DNA of 58,187 nucleotides from a virus (Duplodnaviria; Caudoviricetes): IMG/VR virus record IMGVR_UViG_3300021197_000536, positions 1 to 58,187 of that record; one strand, 5' to 3'. Shown piece by piece: positions 17,406 to 26,264 of this stretch (position 1 is its first letter; each line of letters starts with the position of its first letter). The notes under the pieces were generated by a model. It saw only the letters and a program-made list of their open reading frames with translations, ran no database searches and was not told where the DNA came from. The position numbers and the translations under genes were made by a program.

Positions 17406-17716
17406 TGAAATGGCCCTTTAAAGACCCCGATGAGATTCAGGATTACACTATAGACTGGTCACGTTTCCTTGGGTCATACACAATAGATTCCGTCCAGTGG
17501 TACATAAGAGACGCTGATGGCGTTAAGACAGCGGTGTCAACTACAGAAACCGTCGACGGGCTCACCTTAGGTGCCCAGACAAACACTGGCACTGTAGCAA
17601 CCGCACGTTGGTCGAATGGCGCAGCTAACAAGACTTATAAAGTCACATGTGCTATTACGTACAACACAGTGTTGGTGGCAGAGCGCGTAATTCAACTTCC
17701 AGTTAAGGAAAGATAA
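17405..17716 (+). CDS. putative fibre-tail adaptor protein
   Basis: WPFKDPDEIQDYTIDWS...YKVTCAI pattern. Confidence 0.65.
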   Translation: MKWPFKDPDEIQDYTIDWSRFLGSYTIDSVQWYIRDADGVKTAVSTTETVDGLTLGAQTNTGTVATARWSNGAANKTYKVTCAITYNTVLVAERVIQLPVKER

Positions 17717-17718
17717 GA

Positions 17719-18441
17719 ATGGCTTACAATTACCTTAACTTAGTAAATGATCTTAGCCGCCGTGTGAATGAGACTGAGTTGACCTCGTCTAACTTCCCTA
17801 CCGCTACTGGTTACTATAACACAGCTAAAGACGCTATTAACTCTTCTATCCGATTGTTGAACCAAGAGGCATTTCAATGGCCTTTTAACTTCGTTGAACA
17901 AGAAGATACACTCACAGCAGGCGATCTTAGGTATGACTACCCTGCTAGTACAAAGACCATTGATTTTAACACATTCCGTATTAAACGTAACTCTACGTTC
18001 GGTAATGAGACTAAGATGTTGAAAGTGATGGACTACGAGGAGTACCTTGGGAAGTACGTAGATGATGAGTATAACACATCTGACACAGGTATACGCAAGT
18101 TACCACAGTACATCATCAGAGCCCCTGGGAATCAGTACATTGTGTACCCCTCTCCTGACCAAGACTACGAACTAGTCTACGAGTCCTACTCCCTCCCTGT
18201 CGATCTAATCTTACACTCAGACGTACCGGAAGTGCCCGAGGCTTACCGTCACATCATTGTGGACGGAGCTATGTATTACGTTCAGATATTCCGCAATGAT
18301 AATCAATCAGCAATGATGTCTTTGGAGAAGTTCAAAGAAGGTATTAAAAACATGAGAGCTATTTATATCAACCGGTTTGAGTACGTATACGACACCCGTG
18401 TCCACGGTGGGCGGTCAACTCTAAATGAGCGGATATCCTAA
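17719..18441 (+). CDS. tail tubular protein A / head-tail adaptor
   Basis: YLNLVN..., WPFN, VYPSPDQDY, PEVPEAYRHIIVDGA; position. Confidence 0.8.
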   Translation: MAYNYLNLVNDLSRRVNETELTSSNFPTATGYYNTAKDAINSSIRLLNQEAFQWPFNFVEQEDTLTAGDLRYDYPASTKTIDFNTFRIKRNSTFGNETKMLKVMDYEEYLGKYVDDEYNTSDTGIRKLPQYIIRAPGNQYIVYPSPDQDYELVYESYSLPVDLILHSDVPEVPEAYRHIIVDGAMYYVQIFRNDNQSAMMSLEKFKEGIKNMRAIYINRFEYVYDTRVHGGRSTLNERIS

Positions 18442-20429
18442 TGGCTACAGGTTGGGAAGCATTTCCACTTGAGTTAAAAGGTGGCCTTGTCAATAATATG
18501 TCAAGACTGCAGCAAGGTATTAAAGCACCTGGCTCAGCTCGTTCTCTTATAAACTTCGAACCATCTGTTAAAGGTGGTTATCGACGTATTAATGGGTACA
18601 CTAAGTATGACTCAAACGCTGTCCCTGTGTTTGGTGAGACTGTTGTACAGGGGAGTGGGCAGACCGGGACTGCTTTGGTTGTAGGTAACCTGTTTGAGGC
18701 TCCCTTGGATGCTGATACATTCACTATTGACGGCGTCTCAGGGACTTACGTAATCGACACAGGTGGGGTGTCTTACAGCTCAATCAATAAAGAAGCTACT
18801 CTGACTCTTACAGCCTCTCTAGCTTCGTCCCCTGCCGATAAGGCATCTATTACATTCACTAATAAGACATCGAACATCGAGGGTCTCCATCTCTTCCACA
18901 ACACATCGAATGGAGTTAGTACCGTACTAGCTCACCGTAGTGGTAGTTTGTGGTCCGGGACTGGGATTGGATGGTCTAACGAGTCAGCACCGTCCTACGG
19001 TACCGTTCTAGTTAATGGTGGTTCGCAGACGGGTGCAAGCCTTGCGGTAGATGGTATCGACAGTGACAACTACATACCCCACGTTGGGGATACTTTCACA
19101 ATAGATGGTGTGGAGAAGGTTTATACGGTCCTGTCAGCGCCAACAATCTCTTCTGGAGCTGGTACCTTAAGTATCTACCCATCCCTGTCTTCATCCCCTG
19201 CCGATGACGCAGCTATTGTCTTCCTAAGTGCAAGTATGTCAGGTGCGTCCAAGTGCCGCTTTGCTAACTTTAACTTTGATGGCACTGAACGTACTGTTAT
19301 AGTTGATGGAGTGAATTACCCTGTAGTCTGGGGCCCATCTGAAGCTCTTACTGTTGTTAGCTCTTCGGAAGACCTCCTGGGCGCTGATACCGTGGTTAGT
19401 CACAACGACCACCTGTTCTTCGGTAACGGTAGTGCTCTGGTCTTCAGTACACCTTTCTCTCAAAGTGACTTCAGCTCAGCGACAGGTGCTGGGATCATCC
19501 AGCTACCGTCAAACATCACTGGGTTAATCTCCTTCCGTGAGAAGTTGATTGTATTTACTGAGCACACTATCCACCAACTAACTGGTACTAGTATTGCTGA
19601 CTTTACATTAAGTGAAATCTCTGAAGACTTAGGTTGCTCTGAGCCAGACTCTATCCAAGAAGTTGGTGGTGACGTCCTTTTCCTAGGACCTGACGGTCTT
19701 CGCTTTCTAGGTGCAACCGCGCGTATCGGTGACTTTAACTTGTCACTAGCTTCACGTAACATTCAAGACAACATTACACAGTTTCGTTCAGACTACTCAA
19801 ACATTGTGTCACTAGTAGTACGGGGTAAGTCACAATACCGTATCATTGGTTTCACAGCAGGTGGGTCTGAGTCGTCAACTGTTGGATATATTGGTACTCA
19901 GTTTTCAGACCAAGAGGCCTCTGGTTTCGCGTGGGGCCAGACAAAGGGTATTAAAGCATACCGAGCTGTATCTATATTTACTGGAAGTTCGGAGACTGTA
20001 CTCTTCTGTGGAGAAACTGGATACGTGTATGAGCTGGAGGCAGGTGATACCTTTGATGGAACAACCATACCAGCAGCCTTCTACACCCCTTTTATGGCTA
20101 TCAATGATCCAAGGCTTCGTAAGACACTCTACAAAGCTACAACATACTACGACCCTGAAGGCGACGTAAATGGTACTCTAACCTTTAAGTATGACTTTCA
20201 GAGACCTGATGTGGTCCAGCCTTTGGTCGGTGGTGGTTCTTTCTCGGTGTTTGGTTCAGCTATCTTTAATGATGTTGACTACGGAGGTGACCCTGAGACA
20301 GTCATTGAAACACAAGCAACTGGTTCATTCTTTACTGTATCATTGCAGTACGAGTTCTCATCAGCAGCTAACCCTCCCTTTGTAGTAGACACTGTTCTAC
20401 TCGAATTCTCTAACAACGATAGGAAGTAA
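18441..20429 (+). CDS. tail tubular protein B / nozzle
   Basis: GGL...NFEPSVKGGYRRINGY, GCSEPDSIQEVGGDVLFLGPDGLR beta-propeller-like motifs. Confidence 0.8.
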   Translation: MATGWEAFPLELKGGLVNNMSRLQQGIKAPGSARSLINFEPSVKGGYRRINGYTKYDSNAVPVFGETVVQGSGQTGTALVVGNLFEAPLDADTFTIDGVSGTYVIDTGGVSYSSINKEATLTLTASLASSPADKASITFTNKTSNIEGLHLFHNTSNGVSTVLAHRSGSLWSGTGIGWSNESAPSYGTVLVNGGSQTGASLAVDGIDSDNYIPHVGDTFTIDGVEKVYTVLSAPTISSGAGTLSIYPSLSSSPADDAAIVFLSASMSGASKCRFANFNFDGTERTVIVDGVNYPVVWGPSEALTVVSSSEDLLGADTVVSHNDHLFFGNGSALVFSTPFSQSDFSSATGAGIIQLPSNITGLISFREKLIVFTEHTIHQLTGTSIADFTLSEISEDLGCSEPDSIQEVGGDVLFLGPDGLRFLGATARIGDFNLSLASRNIQDNITQFRSDYSNIVSLVVRGKSQYRIIGFTAGGSESSTVGYIGTQFSDQEASGFAWGQTKGIKAYRAVSIFTGSSETVLFCGETGYVYELEAGDTFDGTTIPAAFYTPFMAINDPRLRKTLYKATTYYDPEGDVNGTLTFKYDFQRPDVVQPLVGGGSFSVFGSAIFNDVDYGGDPETVIETQATGSFFTVSLQYEFSSAANPPFVVDTVLLEFSNNDRK

Positions 20430-20432
20430 GAC

Positions 20433-22091
20433 ATGGGCGTAGGATATACACGTAACGATACCTCCAATAACATTGCGAATGGTAACGTAATTGATGCAGC
20501 TGATCTCGACGGTGAGTTCGATGCTATTGTAGATGCTTTTGCAAATGGCACTGGCCACACCCACGACGGCACAACTGCTGAAGGCGGAGCTATCACTCTA
20601 ACAGGCCCAGCGCAAGAGTATATAAGTGACGGCACTGCACTGTACCCTAAGACTGACGCTACGTACGATCTAGGTAAGACAGCTGCATCATTTAATGTTG
20701 CATACGTTGAGTCCCTTAACCTAGGTGGGACAGCTGTCACAGCTACTGCAGCTGAGTTGAACACTCTTGACGGTATTACAGCTACTGTAGGTGAGTTAAA
20801 CACCCTTGCTGGTATCACAGCTACTGTAGATGAGCTGAATGCTCTCGACGGTATTACAGCTTCTGTAACTGAGCTTAACTACACAGACGGGGTCACCTCC
20901 GCTATTCAAACACAGTTAGACGCTAAGCAACCGTTAGACACAGATCTGACAGCTATTGCCGCCTTAGCTAACACAGATAGTAACTTCATCGTAGGTAACG
21001 GTACAGCTTGGGTTGCTGAGAGTGGGGCAACTGCTCGCACGTCCCTTGGGTTAGGTTCAGCTGCGACTACAGACTCAACTGCTTATGCTACTGCAGCACA
21101 GGGTACTACAGCGGACAATGCTCTTCCTAAGGCTGGTGGAACCATGACTGGTAGCATTACAATGCCAGCGTTAGGTACAGTAGACGGTAGAGACTTGTCA
21201 GTAGATGGTGCAAAGTTAGACGGTATTGAGGCTGGTGCAGACGTTACTGATACAACTAACGTGACGGCTGCAGGTGCTCTCATGGATAGTGAAGTCGATG
21301 CTGACATTAAGACCTTAACCCTTCCAGCTTCAACTACAATCTCTACCTTCGGTGCTAGCCTTATTGATGACGCTGCTGCAAGCAATGCGCGCACTACATT
21401 GGGTCTTGGAACAGCTGCAACTACAGCCTCGACTGCCTATGCTACAGCAGCACAGGGTACTACAGCTGACAGTGCAGTGCAGCCTAATGACAGCCCTACG
21501 TTTGGCGCTGTGACAGCCACATCTTTCTCTGGTGATGGATCGTCTCTTACAGGTCTACCTGCAGGCTACACTGACTCTGATGTGGACACGCACCTCAACT
21601 ACTCAACAGCAACATCCGGGCAGGTCTTGAGTTACAATGGCTCAGACTACGATTGGATTGCCGTATCTTCTAACGCTACACATACCGGTGAAGTTACTGG
21701 CTCAGACGCTCTTACTATTGCTTCTGATGTTGTCGATGCAGACAACCTTAAAGTGACGGGTGATGGTACTACTTCACAGTACCTTCGTTCTGACGGTGAT
21801 GGAACATTCACATGGGATACACCAAGTAGCGGGCAAAGCACTTCTCATGGAGCAGTTGGTACTTACGCTTCTTTTTCATGTACTGTAGACAATGTTGGCG
21901 TCGGGTCCACTACCTCGGGCAGCAACCTACGCCGTCTGAATGACGAAGGTGACGGCTTTGGTACCATCACCGGGACTAGTAACACTTCCACCGCATCAGG
22001 TACGTGGCGTGTTATGGGCAACCACAGGACACTTGTTCAAACTGGCGGGACTCCTATCTACTCCGCTAACCTCTTTGTAAGGATTTCTTAA
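20433..22091 (+). CDS. tail fibre protein
   Basis: GHTHDG anchor, ARTSLGLG repeats, ALPKAGGTMTG, DGAKLDGIE, C-terminal GTWRVMG...FVRIS. Confidence 0.85.
   Translation: MGVGYTRNDTSNNIANGNVIDAADLDGEFDAIVDAFANGTGHTHDGTTAEGGAITLTGPAQEYISDGTALYPKTDATYDLGKTAASFNVAYVESLNLGGTAVTATAAELNTLDGITATVGELNTLAGITATVDELNALDGITASVTELNYTDGVTSAIQTQLDAKQPLDTDLTAIAALANTDSNFIVGNGTAWVAESGATARTSLGLGSAATTDSTAYATAAQGTTADNALPKAGGTMTGSITMPALGTVDGRDLSVDGAKLDGIEAGADVTDTTNVTAAGALMDSEVDADIKTLTLPASTTISTFGASLIDDAAASNARTTLGLGTAATTASTAYATAAQGTTADSAVQPNDSPTFGAVTATSFSGDGSSLTGLPAGYTDSDVDTHLNYSTATSGQVLSYNGSDYDWIAVSSNATHTGEVTGSDALTIASDVVDADNLKVTGDGTTSQYLRSDGDGTFTWDTPSSGQSTSHGAVGTYASFSCTVDNVGVGSTTSGSNLRRLNDEGDGFGTITGTSNTSTASGTWRVMGNHRTLVQTGGTPIYSANLFVRIS
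20739..20894 (+). repeat. four 39-bp (13-aa) tandem repeats in the fibre
   Basis: TATAAELNTLDGI / TATVGELNTLAGI / TATVDELNALDGI / TASVTELNYTDGV. Confidence 0.9.
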
Positions 22092-22505
22092 ATGAGTATT
22101 ACAATCACACAAGTCCGCAATGCGGCATCACTAAGTTCAGATAACCTTGTAATGGATGTAGAGATTAACCATCCTGAGTTTGGGTGGATAGAGTACGCCG
22201 TTAACCCTGAAGACACTGACACAACCATCAACAACGACGAAGTTATGGCTCTAGTTGGTACAGACTTCGCAGCTTATGTACCTCCTACTCAAGAGGAGCT
22301 AGATGCAGAAGCGGCAGGGGGAGTGCGGTCTATCCGAAATAGTAAACTAAGCACCGAAGTAGATCCTTTAGTTAGCAATCCACTGCGCTGGGCAGATCTT
22401 ACTACGGAGGAGCAAGATGACTGGGCACAGTATCGTCTTGACTTGCTTAATGTCACAGGTCAAGAAGGCTTTCCTCACGATGTTACGTGGCCCACTAGGC
22501 CATAG
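22092..22505 (+). CDS. tail fibre assembly chaperone (Tfa-like)
   Basis: INHPEFGWI, WAQYRLDLLNV...GFPHDVTWPTRP. Confidence 0.8.
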   Translation: MSITITQVRNAASLSSDNLVMDVEINHPEFGWIEYAVNPEDTDTTINNDEVMALVGTDFAAYVPPTQEELDAEAAGGVRSIRNSKLSTEVDPLVSNPLRWADLTTEEQDDWAQYRLDLLNVTGQEGFPHDVTWPTRP

Positions 22506-22527
22506 CATCAATACCTAAAGAAAGTAC

Positions 22528-22556
22528 TTGACAGATCAGTCAAATACCTGTATAAT
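22528..22556 (+). promoter_or_regulatory. consensus sigma70 promoter
   Basis: TTGACA(22528-22533)-17 bp-TATAAT(22551-22556). Confidence 0.85.
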
Positions 22557-22596
22557 AAGACTTAAGGTCGCCCCCCGGTAATATATAGGTATACTA

Positions 22597-23022
22597 ATGG
22601 TAATCGATAAGTACCAAGCAGTACTAGATGGTCTTAGGTTATTAGAGATAGGTGATACTCACTCTAGGTATACACCTGAAGAAGTAATCTCCTATCTACT
22701 ATACCCAATAGAACATAATAAGCTAAGGCTATTCTACCAAGGCGGTAAGCCTATCGGGTTAGCTACATGGTGTTGGCTCTCACCTACTAAAGCCAATCTA
22801 TTCCTCAACGACGAGTATCGACTACAAGAAGAGGATTACTTGTTGGAGAACCCAGGTAGTGACTACCAACTCTGGGTCATCGAGTTCATAGCACCTTACG
22901 GTCACACCCGAAAGGTCTACAGAGACCTCCGAACGTTACATAAAGAACTATATGGAACCACCGCTACGGTCCACTTTCGTCGGTTCTACGATAGACATAA
23001 GTTACATAGAAAGACTATCTGA
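22597..23022 (+). CDS. toxin-activating lysine acyltransferase (HlyC/RtxC family)
   Basis: N-terminal His (THSRY), P..HN.LRLF, PIGLATWCWLS, LWVIEFIAPYGH, parallel to HlyC PVAYCSWANLS / WFIDWIAPFG. Confidence 0.8.
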   Translation: MVIDKYQAVLDGLRLLEIGDTHSRYTPEEVISYLLYPIEHNKLRLFYQGGKPIGLATWCWLSPTKANLFLNDEYRLQEEDYLLENPGSDYQLWVIEFIAPYGHTRKVYRDLRTLHKELYGTTATVHFRRFYDRHKLHRKTI

Positions 23023-24863
23023 TGCTATATAACCCCTTTATGCCAACTACTCGCTTTGACAGCTATATCGCCCGCGGTGGCGGTAGAGGTAAAGGCTCCT
23101 CTGCTCCTGTCAAGACTCCGGCACAGATAGAAGCTGAGAAGGCTGCTGCTCACGCTAAGAAGATAGCTTCAGCTGAGAAGGCTGCTGCTGCCCGTGTTAA
23201 AGCAGCGGCTGATGCTAAAGAGATCGTAGAGGCGGGTGAGACCCCGGACGAGCGTGATGCTCGGTTAGCTAAAGAATTAGCTTCTCAACAGTCAAAGGCG
23301 ACTCAAGCTGCTGCTGCTGACCTTCAGAAAACCTCTATGGAAGACCCAGGGTCTCTTGCTGCTACTGTTACTCCAGCACTGATAGATCCAACTACAACTG
23401 GGACTGAACTTGATGCCGGTACTGGCCAGCTGACAGAAGATGCGCCTCAGATTACTGATCCTGACGCCTTCAACGCGGGCGCTGTGGACCCTACCTCTGC
23501 CGCCTCTGGTGTAGCAGCAGAGACAGATAGTCTTCAAGCTGTACAAGGCTCTGTGGACCCTGCAGCGATGGTACAGGCTCAAGCCGGAGATACTAGCCAA
23601 CTGTCAAGTCTTGGCCTCGATGTTGATCAGATTGTTCAGTCGCAGGTTGTCGCCCCTGCTGCACAGCGTACCCTTCAATCTGGTGAGATGATCTCAGGCA
23701 CTGCAGTTGATATGGCTGCTGTTGACGAAGCTCTTGATATACAAGCAGCTACAGCTAATCCATCTCAGCAGGCTACAGTACAAGGTCAGATGACAGAGCT
23801 CATGGCTGACTTCGATGCTGGAGCACCTCCTCCTTGGGCCGCTGGAGCCCTTCGTAACGCGACGGCTGCAATGGCTGCTCGTGGTCTCGGTGCTTCAAGT
23901 ATGGCTGGTCAGGCTTTGATCCAAGCTGCTATGGAGTCTGCAGTGCCTATCGCTATGGCTGACGCACAGACCTTCGCTAAGTTCGAGTCACAGAACCTAT
24001 CTAACCGTCAACAGACTGCTATGTTCGCAGCTGAGCAACGTGCAGGCTTCCTTGGTATGAAGTTCACACAGGACTTCCAGACACGGGTAGCCAACGCCTC
24101 TAAGATTTCTGATATTGCTAATATGAACTTCACAGCTGAGCAGCAAATAGCTCTTGAGAATGCTCGTATGGCTCAGACAGTAGACCTAGCTAACCTTAAC
24201 GCTAAGAATGCTAAGGTTATGTCAGATGCTGCTGCTATGTCTCAGATGGACCTGGCTAACTTGAGTAACCGTCAGCAAGCTGCTGTCATGAATGCCCAGT
24301 CCTTCCTAGCAATGGACATGAAGAACATGGACTTCGCTCAGCAGACAAGCATGTTCAAGACACAGCAGAACATCCAAGCTATCTTCAGTGACCAAGCAGC
24401 TGAGAATGCAGCTAAGCAGTTCAACGCTGCTAGTGAGAACCAGACTAATCAGTTCTTTGCTAACATGGCTACACAAGTGCAGCAGTTTAACGCAGGTATG
24501 GAGGTTCAGCGTGACCAGTTCAACGCTCAGAATGCGTTGGTAGTCGCCCAGGCTAACGCCCAGTGGCGTCAGAATACAACCACCATCAACACAGCTGCTA
24601 ATAACGAATCCCTGATGGAGCAAGCCCGAGCTGCTAATCAGTTCACTATGACCTCCCTAGAGACAGTCTGGCAACGTGAGCGTGACATTATGGACTATGC
24701 TTTCCGTCAGTCCGAAAGTGCTACAGACCGTGCCCTCAGTGTCTTCCTTGCTGACAAGCAGATAGGCTTGGCTAAGTGGGAGACGGAGCAGGCTAATAAG
24801 CAGAAAAACATGGAAGGACTGGGCTACCTAGCCGGTCGCCTTCTATTTGGTGGTGGATCTTAA
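23022..24863 (+). CDS. internal virion/ejection (pilot-like) protein
   Basis: P22-gp7-like leader MLY...RGGGRGKG; MAARGLGASSMAG; long Gln/Ala/Asn coiled coil; hydrophobic C-terminus. Confidence 0.7.
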   Translation: MLYNPFMPTTRFDSYIARGGGRGKGSSAPVKTPAQIEAEKAAAHAKKIASAEKAAAARVKAAADAKEIVEAGETPDERDARLAKELASQQSKATQAAAADLQKTSMEDPGSLAATVTPALIDPTTTGTELDAGTGQLTEDAPQITDPDAFNAGAVDPTSAASGVAAETDSLQAVQGSVDPAAMVQAQAGDTSQLSSLGLDVDQIVQSQVVAPAAQRTLQSGEMISGTAVDMAAVDEALDIQAATANPSQQATVQGQMTELMADFDAGAPPPWAAGALRNATAAMAARGLGASSMAGQALIQAAMESAVPIAMADAQTFAKFESQNLSNRQQTAMFAAEQRAGFLGMKFTQDFQTRVANASKISDIANMNFTAEQQIALENARMAQTVDLANLNAKNAKVMSDAAAMSQMDLANLSNRQQAAVMNAQSFLAMDMKNMDFAQQTSMFKTQQNIQAIFSDQAAENAAKQFNAASENQTNQFFANMATQVQQFNAGMEVQRDQFNAQNALVVAQANAQWRQNTTTINTAANNESLMEQARAANQFTMTSLETVWQRERDIMDYAFRQSESATDRALSVFLADKQIGLAKWETEQANKQKNMEGLGYLAGRLLFGGGS

Positions 24864-24874
24864 GGAGACTATAG

Positions 24875-25705
24875 ATGAATGACGTTGGAAAAGGCGCTTA
24901 CCTCAGAAACTTGGAGAAAGCACGTGAGGCAATTCAGGCCCGTGAGGCTCGACTAGACTCAGTAGGTAGTAAGTTTAAGGTGGAGTCAGCAGAAGAGCAG
25001 GCAGCTGACGCTGCTCAAGGTCTCATGCGTCCTAGAGCTCGACCAGAACCTGAGTCTGACTCTGGTGAAGGCTTCGGTATGGGGTTGATGCGTAGCCTTC
25101 GACCTCAGGCTCGCCCTGAAGATAGCTCTGGAGGTAGTATTCGACCTCAGGCTCGACCTGAAGGTAACTCTGGAGGTAGCCCTGAAGGTAACTCTGAAGG
25201 TAACTCTGGAGGTAGCCCTGAAGCTGCACCTGAGAAGAGGGTCAGACCCCGCTCCAGAACCCGATCCGAACCCCAAGGTGGCCGTAGCGTATCAGCGGAC
25301 CAGACAGCGATCTATGACGGTCTTATAAAACGTGGTATGAAACCTCACATTGCCCAAGGCTTTATGTCTAACTTCCGAGATGAGTCAGCTTTTAAGTTAG
25401 ATATTACAGAAGCTGAGGCTAACGTACACGGAACCTTCGGCAAGGGCTTATACCAACGTACAGGTTCTCGTAGAGAGGCATACGAGTCTAAGTACGGGAA
25501 CGACTGGTCCCTAGATAATCAACTAGATGCCTTGATGGTGGAACTTGCAACCAATGAGAAAAGCGCTTGGAATAAGATTAAGAATACAAAGACAGCAGGG
25601 GAGGCGGGAGCCTCTATCGTTACTAACTTCCTGCGCCCAGCTGCAAAACACCGTAAAGCACGTGCAGCTTCGTATCGAGATGGCAGTGGCCTCTGGTCCC
25701 TCTGA
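24875..25705 (+). CDS. virion-associated muralytic protein (phage tail lysozyme domain)
   Basis: RGMKPHIAQGFMSNFRDES (catalytic Glu), GKGLYQ, QLD, FLRP. Confidence 0.8.
   Translation: MNDVGKGAYLRNLEKAREAIQAREARLDSVGSKFKVESAEEQAADAAQGLMRPRARPEPESDSGEGFGMGLMRSLRPQARPEDSSGGSIRPQARPEGNSGGSPEGNSEGNSGGSPEAAPEKRVRPRSRTRSEPQGGRSVSADQTAIYDGLIKRGMKPHIAQGFMSNFRDESAFKLDITEAEANVHGTFGKGLYQRTGSRREAYESKYGNDWSLDNQLDALMVELATNEKSAWNKIKNTKTAGEAGASIVTNFLRPAAKHRKARAASYRDGSGLWSL
25098..25223 (+). repeat. short direct/tandem repeats encoding RPQARPE and EGNSGGSP units
   Basis: TTCGACCTCAGGCTCG x2; CTGAAGGTAACTCTG x3. Confidence 0.85.
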
Positions 25706-25742
25706 TACCAAGCCTAATAATGAATTAAGAAGGATTAACTAA

Positions 25743-26264
25743 ATGATTATCCCTGGACAGTCCCTGACTGCTGAGCCAAAGAATGCTCCATACGAAAACC
25801 CACCGGAGATGAATAACGCAGAAGAGGCCACTCTGTGGCACCTAGAACGCCTCTCAGAGCCTGATCGCCTAGAGGCTTTAGCTGATATGCTAGAACTAGG
25901 GATGGACGTTGTATCGCTCACTGAGGGGCTCCTACGGGGTGCTGTGATGGAAGGACGTCACAATATTGATATCTCCTTGATCATTGCACCAGTTATCCAT
26001 GAGTTCATTGTAGGTACTGCTGAGAGGTTGGAAATCGACTTTGAAGAAGGTCTTCCTGATGACTCTGAGGAGCGTGAGGATATCCGTTACCAGATCAACG
26101 AGAATAAGGCTCGCAAGATGCTAGCTGACCTCGATATGGAGCCTGAAGATGCAGCAGAGATGGAGGAAGACTCCGTCGAACCGCAGGTAGAAGAGCCGAT
26201 GCCGATGGAGCCTGAAGTTAAACCAGCTGGCCTCATGGCTCGCCCTAAGGGAGAAGTAGTATGA
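25743..26264 (+). CDS. putative internal virion protein
   Basis: IPGQSLT...PYENPP, DISLIIAP, C-terminal GLMAR. Confidence 0.7.
   Translation: MIIPGQSLTAEPKNAPYENPPEMNNAEEATLWHLERLSEPDRLEALADMLELGMDVVSLTEGLLRGAVMEGRHNIDISLIIAPVIHEFIVGTAERLEIDFEEGLPDDSEEREDIRYQINENKARKMLADLDMEPEDAAEMEEDSVEPQVEEPMPMEPEVKPAGLMARPKGEVV

Noticed and set aside
22597-24863. RTX toxin operon
   Set aside because: Partner lacks GGxGxDxL nonapeptide repeats; no hlyB/hlyD genes
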